In this document: positions 12,338-20,781 of the stretch, one piece after another
Layout of the letters: each line of letters opens with the position of its first letter
Position numbering within the stretch: the first letter of the stretch is position 1
Origin: Octopus sinensis
Lineage: Eukaryota
Direction: 5' to 3'
Assembly (NCBI RefSeq): GCF_006345805.1
Contig: NC_042997.1
Coordinates: 64,294,001-64,358,000, forward strand
Length of the DNA stretch: 64,000 nt
Translations under genes and position numbers: made by a program
The notes under the pieces: generated by a model
Database searches by the model: none
What the model saw: the letters and a program-made list of their open reading frames with translations, nothing else
Told to the model about the DNA's origin: nothing

Positions 12338-13560
12338 TATACATCGGACAAACGGGACGCCGCTTGGCTGACCGGTTCGCGGAACACCTTCGTGACATCC
12401 ACCTTGCGAACGACACACCGGTCTCACGCCATTTCCGCTCCACCGGTCACTCCTTGCAACACCTATCTGTGTTCGGTTTGTCCTTACACAGGGGCCATCC
12501 GGATTCCCGTTTGCGCCGTGAACAGGATTTAATCTTCTCTCTTCGCTCTTATACGCCATTTGGTCTCAACTCCCCCCCTCCTCATCTAACCCCCCTCTCC
12601 CCCCTCCTCACCTATCCTTTCCCCCCGACCCCTACTTCTTCAGTCCTTCATCCTTTCACCCCTACTCCCCTTCCCTTCTTCCCTCTTTCTCCCTCCCTCC
12701 TTCCCTCTTCCCCTTCCCTCTGCTCCCTCACTCCCCCTCTCCCTCTTTCCTCCTTCCCCCTCCTCCCCTTCCTCCTCCCCCTCCTCTCCCTCCCCCTCCC
12801 CCCTCCTCTCCCTCCCCCTCCCCCCTCCTCTCCTCTTCCCCCTCTCCTCCCCCCTTCTCCCCCTCTTCTCCTCACTACACCACACGACTTCACACATCAC
12901 ATCATATATGATGTGCCATACTAATACATACACCAACTAATACATACTAATACGTACTAATACATACTAATACATACTAATACATACACCGACCCTATAC
13001 ATACACACGTCCAGACCCCTCATACGCACTTATACTCTCTCATACACACACACACACACACTTATACATACTAATACGTACTAATACATACTAATACATA
13101 CTAATACATACACCAACCCCATACATACGCACGTCCACACCAATCCTACGCACTAATACTCTCTCATACACACACACACACACACACACACCCTTATACA
13201 TACTAATACATACACCAACCCTATACATACACACGTCCAGACCCCTCCTACGCACTATTAGCTGGTCCTTCAACCATATTATCAACCCTATTATCTCCCC
13301 TTATTTCGCTCTCACGTCTCATGTTTGATCTTTGACCTCTGGCCGAAATCAGATCACCATGTTGATTCGTTAGCTACTGCACGCATTTTTTTCTCTCCTT
13401 CTTTCTGTGTTTTTTTTCTCTCTGTGTATCTTTCTGTTGAAGAGCGTAGGCTCGAAACGTTAAAGACTTGTTTTATTTATATTTCCTGAGCGCCATACTA
13501 ATACAATTGTTCGTTTGTTTTCCACCTGCCTTCGTCTTTTGTCTATTTTCATAAAGCTTC
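12240..13560 (+). mobile_element. Penelope-like element 3' end: GIY-YIG C-half, low-complexity UTR, hammerhead-bearing pLTR
   Basis: YIGQTGRRLADRFAEHLRDIHLANDTPVSRHFRSTGH...REQDLIFSLRSYTPFGLN, a C/T-rich tract, ~130-bp tandem units, then a hammerhead at 13429-13466. Confidence 0.85.
13429..13466 (+). ncRNA. Minimal type I hammerhead ribozyme motif (A6U core variant)
   Basis: TCTTT CTGTTGA A GAGC-GTAG-GCTC GAAA CGT T AAAGA. Stem I is TCTTT/AAAGA, stem II is GAGC/GCTC, and stem III is the palindrome ACGT. It lies in a PLE terminal repeat. Confidence 0.7.
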
Positions 13561-13639
13561 CCGTTATATATATATACATGCTTATATATATATACATGCA
13601 TATGTATATAAGTACATATGTGTGTGTGTGTATTATGTG

Positions 13640-13850
13640 TTTGTATGTGTGTTCTCCACAACAGCTTGACAACTGTTTTGCGTTTACGTCCGTACCCCGT
13701 AACCTAGGGGTTCGGCAAAAGAGCCTAATAGAATAACCACCAGCAAAATATAAGTACTGAGATCGATTCATGCGACTAAAATTTCTTCTTGATGTTGCTC
13801 CACCATAGCTGCCGTCTAATGACTGAAACAAGCAAACGATAAAAGATAAG
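13640..13850 (+). mobile_element. SINE family B, 3' half
   Basis: GCTTGACAAC...CCCCGTAAC-TAG-GGTTCGGCAAAAGAG...GATCGATT...CGACTAAA...GCTCCA...AATGACTGAAACAAG matches 50070-50250. Confidence 0.8.
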
Positions 13851-14478
13851 AGATAACGCCTCTCTTCTATCGCGCCCGTCTTATGCAAATTTCAGACGCT
13901 ACATTCTGAATATTGTACTGAGATCTGTAATTAAATCTTAACGAATATATTTTAATATTCATTCATATAGGAAGAATAACTTATTTCCACCAGGAGGGAA
14001 ATAAATGAGTATATCTAGGTTGTTTGATTCTCTGAAGTAATCTTCTATTTTAAATGTGTTTGATATGTAACCGATCCTTGGCAACATATATCGGTCGGTC
14101 AATCAAGACACAACTGTACTAATGAAGCAACCGGATGTTTGAACTCAGAGAAAGAAAACCAACAAAAAAGCAAACAAGGAAAATATTTTAAAACATCAAA
14201 TATTATATCGAGGTTATACAATTGATCGATAGCTTAGTTGGATTTGATTATTAATATATTGTTATTTGACTGAGAAATTATTCAGCCAGATGATAGCAGA
14301 CTGACTGCTAGTTACTTAATAATAATCGATTCCTCATATCAGATTTTCGAAGACAGAACGCTGAGTAAATTTGTAAATTCTCATGTTAAAGAAGATGCGA
14401 TGGTTCTGATATTGTTTCTGTCCGTGTGATGATAGTGATGGGAGAGAGAGCGACGAAGTGGCAGTGTTAGTGCTGTTG

Positions 14479-14510
<32 letters not shown>

Positions 14511-14853
14511 AGTGACAGTAGTGTTTTTGTCGAACGTGATGTGTTGGTAGTGACTTCTTAGTAGTGCCTTTGTTTGTAGCGGTGTGTATATATATAGTGG
14601 TTGTGTTCCTCTTGGTGGGGGAGATGTATGAAGCTGATGGCAGCAGTTGTGTTCTTAAAACCACAAGCGACGGGGTAAAGTTTCAGAGAAGTAAATATCT
14701 ATATCATATCTGCTTGGAGAATGGTGAAGCTGAGGTTCAATGTGTAACTATGTAATAATATGATATAAAAGGGACAACAATGCATAAATATATATAGCAT
14801 GTATCAAAAATAGACGGACCTGCAATCACCAAAAAGTACCCTTAATAATAATG

Positions 14854-14899
<46 letters not shown>

Positions 14900-14998
14900 T
14901 AATATTAATAATGATGATGATGATGATGATGATATAATAATAATAATAATATAATAATAATAATAATATTAATAATGATGATGATGATGATGATGATG

Positions 14999-15033
<35 letters not shown>

Positions 15034-15050
15034 TAATAATAATAATAATA

Positions 15051-15478
15051 AATGCCCTGATACAGTACCAGGCAGTGGCTCTCATGGCTTCTGATCTTGG
15101 AAGTGTTATCATGTACATTGTTTTGTCTTTGTATAAAAGATAGGCTACAACAAATATTCTGTAGCCATATGCTGAAAGGAATTTTTTAGTGTTTGAATAT
15201 TCCAGCTTTGGGAACATGAGTGTTTCGTTGAACATACTTGAACAATCTTTATTCAGTGAGCTTTTGAGCGGGATGCTATTCGACTTGGAGAAAAGTCTGA
15301 GTTCCATCTGCAAGGTCATACGATGTTTATCGTGATATGAGATCACCATGTCGCGCACATATGGCTGCGATGCATGTACCTGATGTACTCTTGTCAGACG
15401 GGTAGTAATTATAGGTATACTGGGTTTCGTATATTTTATCCCGGTGTAATTTTGATGGTATGCACTGCTCTCTCACTC
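15051..15478 (+). mobile_element. Unclassified (AAT)n-embedded repeat, diverged and internally deleted copy 1
   Basis: Homologous to 15668-16218 and 16474-17019 but clearly more diverged, and lacks ~150 bp of the interior. Confidence 0.8.
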
Positions 15479-15505
15479 CATAGTAATAATAATAATAATA
15501 ATATA

Positions 15506-15546
<41 letters not shown>

Positions 15547-15667
15547 TGATGATGATGATGATGATGATGAAGATGATGACGATGATGATGATGATGATAA
15601 TAATAATAATAATAAGAAGAAGAAGAAGAAGAATTATACCAATAATAATAATGATAATAATAATAAT

Positions 15668-16218
15668 CTGATGCAGTACCAGGCAGTGGCTCTCATGGAT
15701 TCTGATCTTAACTGATTGGAAATGTTATCATGTACAGTGTTTTGTCTTGGTATAAAAGATGGGCTACAGCAAATATTCTGCTCAATACCACAGATTTGCT
15801 TGTCAGTTGTTTGACCTTAACCAGTTGAGCATGTCCCTTAGTGGCTGACGATATGTGCATCTCTGATCACGAGCAGAAGTAGTGGGGGAGCATCATAGCC
15901 ATTTGTTGAGAGGGATTCTTTGGGGTTTGAATAGTTCACCTCTGGAAACATGGGTGGTTCTTTCAACATCCTTAAACAACCCTTATTCAGGGACCGTTTG
16001 AGCGGGATGGGCTACTCGACCTGAAGAAAATTCTAACTGGGCCCCACCTGCAAGGTCATGTGCTGTTTATCTTGATATGAGATCACCATGTCGCGCACAT
16101 ATGGTTGTGATGCATGTGCCTGGTGTACCTTTATCAGACGGGTAGTCATGATGGGTATATTGGGCTTCGTATATTTTACCCCAGTGTCACTTTGATGGCA
16201 TGAACTGCTCTCTCACTC
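15668..16218 (+). mobile_element. Unclassified ~550-bp (AAT)n-embedded repeat, copy 2
   Basis: Near-identical to 16474-17019. Ends CTCTCTCACTC|AATAAT. No long ORF. Confidence 0.85.
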
Positions 16219-16241
16219 AATAATAATAATAATAATAATAA

Positions 16242-16272
<31 letters not shown>

Positions 16273-16296
16273 AAGAAGAAGAATTATAACAATAAC

Positions 16297-16349
<53 letters not shown>

Positions 16350-16363
16350 TAATAATAATAATA

Positions 16364-16400
<37 letters not shown>

Positions 16401-16427
16401 TTAATGATAATAATAATAATAATAATA

Positions 16428-16472
<45 letters not shown>

Positions 16473-16473
16473 G

Positions 16474-17019
16474 GCAGTACCAGGCAGTGGCTCTCATGGC
16501 TCCTGATCTTAACTGATTGGAAGTGTTATCATGTACATTGCTTTGTCTCGGTATAAAAGATGGGCTACAGCAAATATTCTACTCAATACCACAGATTTGC
16601 TTGTCAGTTGTTTGACCATAACCAGTTGAGCATATCCCTTAGTGGCTGACGATATGTGCATCTCTGATCACGAGCAGAAGTAGTGGGGGAGCATCATAGC
16701 CATGTGTTGAGAGGGATTCTTTGGGGTTTGAATAGTTCACCTCTGGAAACATGGGTGGTTCTTTCAACATCCTTAAACAACCCTTATTCAGGGACCTTTT
16801 GAGCGGGATGCGCTACTCAACCTGAAGAAATTTCTAACTGGGCCCCACCTGCAAGGTCATGTGCTGTTTATCTTGATATGAGATCACCATGTCGCGCACA
16901 TATGGTTGTGATGCATGTGCCTGGTGTACTCTTATCAGACGGGTAGTCATGATGGGTATATTGGGCTTCGTATATTTTACCCCAGTGTCACTCTGATGGC
17001 ATGAACTGCTCTCTCACTC
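16474..17019 (+). mobile_element. Unclassified ~550-bp (AAT)n-embedded repeat, copy 3
   Basis: Near-identical to copy 2 with scattered substitutions and the same 3' junction. Confidence 0.85.
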
Positions 17020-17060
17020 AATAATAATAATAATAATAATAATATTAATAATAATAATAA

Positions 17061-17107
<47 letters not shown>

Positions 17108-17110
17108 ATA

Positions 17111-17176
<66 letters not shown>

Positions 17177-18759
17177 ATACACACATACGTACATACACTC
17201 ACTGTGTGTGTGTGTCTGTGTGTGTGTTATATGGTATAGAGAATGCAAACTAAAGACACGGGAGTGCGAAAGAGAGAAAACTGATTTAACGACAGATGTT
17301 AATTTTAATTAGTATGATTATTTACCTGATATAGAAATGGAACTTTGCAACTTGAATGATGGTTGTTCTACCAAGTTCATTTATGTTATAACCACTACCA
17401 TTATGCGGCTAATTAGATTTTTATGATCACGATTCGGGAGTGAACTCTAAATTCAGACTATATAAAGCTATCTATATTTGCATTATGACTTTCATGTTCA
17501 GAAACTGATTTACACCAGTTCAGGAGAAAATTTAATATAAATTGCGTACAGTTCGAATATAGTATCAAGAATGTTTATCACTGGTTTCTAATTTTAAATT
17601 ACATTTGAATACACGCTTTATTAACACAGGGTTTGATGAGAGATCAAGTCAAGTAGAAGACTGTATAGTTTCCATAAGTAATTATTCTACATGAAACTGT
17701 CCCAAATAATTGAGGAAGTGATTTCTTGTGCAGAGGCTTGAATGAGTGAATATAGCAGTTAATTAACAGTGTTCAAATAACAGATATTTAATGAAATTGT
17801 AAGAATAGTTCCAGCTGTCTTAATTTTTCTTGTCTTAAGTAATATTTCACTAGCTAATCTAAAGAGCTATATGGACATTAACCAAGACATCTAGGAGGAG
17901 CAGAGAAGGAAATCCTTAATGCGCATCAGTAGTTGTTTGTTATATTATAGAACAATAAATCTTTCATCAAAGGCTACACAAACACGAAGGATAGGACATA
18001 AGGAAATCCATTTAAATTTCGATTAATATATCAAACTAGCTAATCTTGACATCCATTTGTAGACTTTTGATAATTGCGAAACATCATATACAGACGGAGA
18101 TGATTTTAATAATCAAAGAATTTATGTATCTATGTTGTATGTTGTTTGATTTATCCATGCGACAAACTACTCTGAGCTTTTTCCCTTAGGTCACTTCTGT
18201 TTCAGTATATACATGCACAGATGCACTCATATATACATACACGCATCATACACATATTCATACATAGCATTTGTACAGATTGATACACACGTACGAATAT
18301 AAATTTATGCAAATGAAATTTATTACAGATATATTCACATTTGCATTTATATATATAGTCATACTTGCATACGTTCGCGCACATACCAAAGTATGCATGC
18401 ATGAATGTACAAATGCACATAGGCATCTACAAATTAATGCGCGTCTTAATATCGATGTCACAAATTAATATGTTAAGGTATTAACCAATAGTTAAACAGT
18501 TTCCTCTGCATGTTATTCCACCCGTTTATTTTGTCTTTGATGGTATTTGTATTGTATAATATAAGTTTCTATTAAACCATGTAAATCATATCCTTCCTTT
18601 TACCCTTTGTTCCTCCTGTCTCTATAGCTTAATATCGTAATAGCTGTTTAGATTAGCTGATGGAAATTAAAACAGGTGGTACACTTCTTATAATTTTATT
18701 AAACGTGTTTCATTTATCAACAAGAAACTGTTCCTAATACGTGCCAGGAACACTTGATC

Positions 18760-19260
18760 TCTTGTTGTGTGCTACAGAGTCGTGCATCTTAACGTCCAAT
18801 TTGTCAGATGCGGAGTCCGCATTTATAACATTTGCTTTTCGATATTGTATCCATTTTGTACTGTAACAGTTATACACCTGGACAGGAAGCTTGGTAGGAA
18901 CGTGAAGAGATTTAGTTCAGTCTACTATTTATTGGACCTAATAGACCATCTGGTACATTATTATTTTCATTTAATACTTAGAAGCTTCAGATGTGTGCCT
19001 TACCTTTCGCTTACAATGCAACATATCCACCTTTCTGGTGTTTATTTCAAAAAGGTTTCCTACAGAATTGAGAGCCAGAGCAGCAAGTTACGACGTTCCG
19101 TAAGCTAATATGTATTTGTAAACGATGGGCGCTATCATCTGCGTAGCTTGCCAAGGGAGACTCTCTGAACAAGTGAAAGCACGTCTCAAAGGTTCACTAT
19201 GAATTGCAGTAGCCCGAAGACAGAGCCCAGTGGAACACCTGTCATTATCTTGCTCCTTTT
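18760..19260 (-). mobile_element. CR1/L2/Jockey-type LINE RT fragment (degenerate)
   Basis: Minus strand gives MTGVPLGSVFGLLQF (resembling GVPQGSVLGPLLF) and then, frameshifted, SYADDS. Confidence 0.7.
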
Positions 19261-19482
19261 AAAGTAGTTCTATTAGTCACCATTGCCTGATTTCTATTTC
19301 ATAAAAAGCCGTCTAACCATTCTCCAAGTTTTCCAATAATGCCAACATCAAGAGGATTGTGACATATATGTGTATACACGCATTATAAGAAGTGTATACG
19401 CACAGACACAGACACACACACGCATATATATATATATATATATATATACGTTATTTAAAAGGAGCAGAAAATATAACAAAAG

Positions 19483-19520
19483 CTGTTACTCAGACTTTCA
19501 CGTTCTCGTTCAACGGACAG
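19483..19520 (-). ncRNA. Minimal hammerhead motif (U4C family), left arm of palindrome
   Basis: Reverse complement reads CTGT CCGTTGA ACG-AGAA-CGT GAAA GTC-T-GAG TA ACAG. Confidence 0.55.
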
Positions 19521-19535
19521 TTTTGTTTAGCAAAA

Positions 19536-19573
19536 TTGTCCGACGAACGGGAACATGAAACTCTGAGTAACAG
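19536..19573 (+). ncRNA. Minimal type I hammerhead motif (U4C family), right arm of palindrome
   Basis: TTGT CCGACGA ACG-GGAA-CAT GAAA CTC-T-GAG TA ACAG, with a GUA cleavage triplet. It is followed by the same pLTR tail (ACTCTACCTCTGGTATTTG...TTTTTCCACCTTG) seen on the minus strand at 47040-47080. Confidence 0.7.
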
Positions 19574-19769
19574 CCGTTGTTATATTTCTGCTGCTTGTAA
19601 GTAAAGCATATTACTCTACCTCTGGTATTTGAGTACTCTTTTTCCACCTTGCTGACTTTTATGTGCTTACTCCGGTATATGTATATATCTATCTATAGAG
19701 TGTTTTTGATAATGCTACGCTAGCAAATTATGGAACTTCACACATATATGTCAGTATTAATGTTATATT

Positions 19770-19955
19770 CAGGGTGATGAGCTGGCAAATTCGGTACCGC
19801 GCCGGACACAAAGCTTCACGACATTTCTTCCCATATTACAGTCCAATTTCAAATGCTACTGGAGCATTTCATTCGTTGCCTTTCATTCTTCCGAGATCGA
19901 TACTATAAATAGCAGTTGAACACTGTGTCAGATATAATCCACTAGCCCTGTCTCC
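19770..19955 (+). mobile_element. SINE family A copy (diverged)
   Basis: GAGCTGGCA-AAT...GCCGGAC...TTGCCTTTCAT...GATCGAT...CAGTTGAACACTG. Confidence 0.65.
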
Positions 19956-20532
19956 CCTATTTGCTAGCCGTGTGCCAAACTTTTAAATCGATATTAATAT
20001 TATGTCCACTTTTGCATCACATCCGCTTAAATTCACGGAAAATTCTGCACACACTCTCCACTTAAATTATTCGGCGTCGATCTACTTCCGTTGCTACATA
20101 TCTTGGCTTGCAATTTGTTAGTTGTAAAAACTAGAAGCTCTAAAGGATTGTTCGAATTTGTAGCGATGATTGGAGAACCTGTATAACACAATAACACAGA
20201 TGTGGTTATCATGACTTTGGAATCAGGATAACCGTGTATGTACGGATAGATGCACAGTAAGCCTAGACCTTATACATGTGCACCAATTTACATTTATTAC
20301 TACACACACGCGCGCACACACGCACATACATATAAATATAAAATAGGGGTTTATGAGCATGTACCTAAACAATTTCGTAAATAGAACTTTGGACAGTTCT
20401 CTTTCATTAACCATATTCGTATGTGCTTATCTTTGTAAATGTGTTTGAATGAAATTATTACAAATGTATATAACTGTATGCAGGTTTTCTTACTGTGTTA
20501 TCATGCACGTGTATATTTGTAGTGCTATTTAG

Positions 20533-20781
20533 GTCCCATTGTATGTCAGAGATTTAGCGAAGATCTATAGAAAGTTTTTCGAGGATAATTCGATTGCAGT
20601 ATTGTGCAATAGAGTGGTAGTGAACCTATGCTCCACCCTAAGTCTCACAGTACAACACAGATGTTCAATAGATGAAATCAGGGATGTTTACTTCAATTAT
20701 TGGCGAGTAGCCGAAGACTTTGATAAAATCTGCATCACTGTATTGCACTTCGTAAACACCCTCTGTGCATGTGTAGTGTAG
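20533..20781 (+). other. Open frame resembling the post-M3/M4 end of a Cys-loop (nAChR-like) subunit; candidate exon or pseudogene fragment
   Basis: After tttag| the frame reads VPLYVRDLAKIYRKFF...IDEIRDVYFNYWRVAEDFDKICITVLHFVNTLCACVV*. The similarity to the MPxWxR and WxxVAxxxDRLC motifs was judged by eye only. Confidence 0.25.

Noticed and set aside
12920-13260. CRISPR-like or satellite array
   Set aside because: These are ~130-bp low-complexity tandem units inside a PLE UTR, with no repeat-unique spacer structure, in eukaryotic context.
16620-16810. HDV-like ribozyme on the minus strand of the 550-bp element (GTCCCTG...TC-TGCTCGT-GA...CAGAGAT-GC...ACTAA-GGGA)
   Set aside because: P3 is only 2 bp, P1 has a mismatch, P2 is not adjacent to P3 and P4 is unconvincing. 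It needs an Infernal search before any claim.
18767-19108. 113-aa plus-strand ORF
   Set aside because: It lies antisense to the degenerate CR1/L2-type RT.
20170-20240. Loop-D-like string TQMWLS*LWNQD upstream of the Cys-loop-like ORF
   Set aside because: It contains a stop and is only ~200 nt from the M2-like motif, where ~570 nt would be expected. It is probably a chance match.
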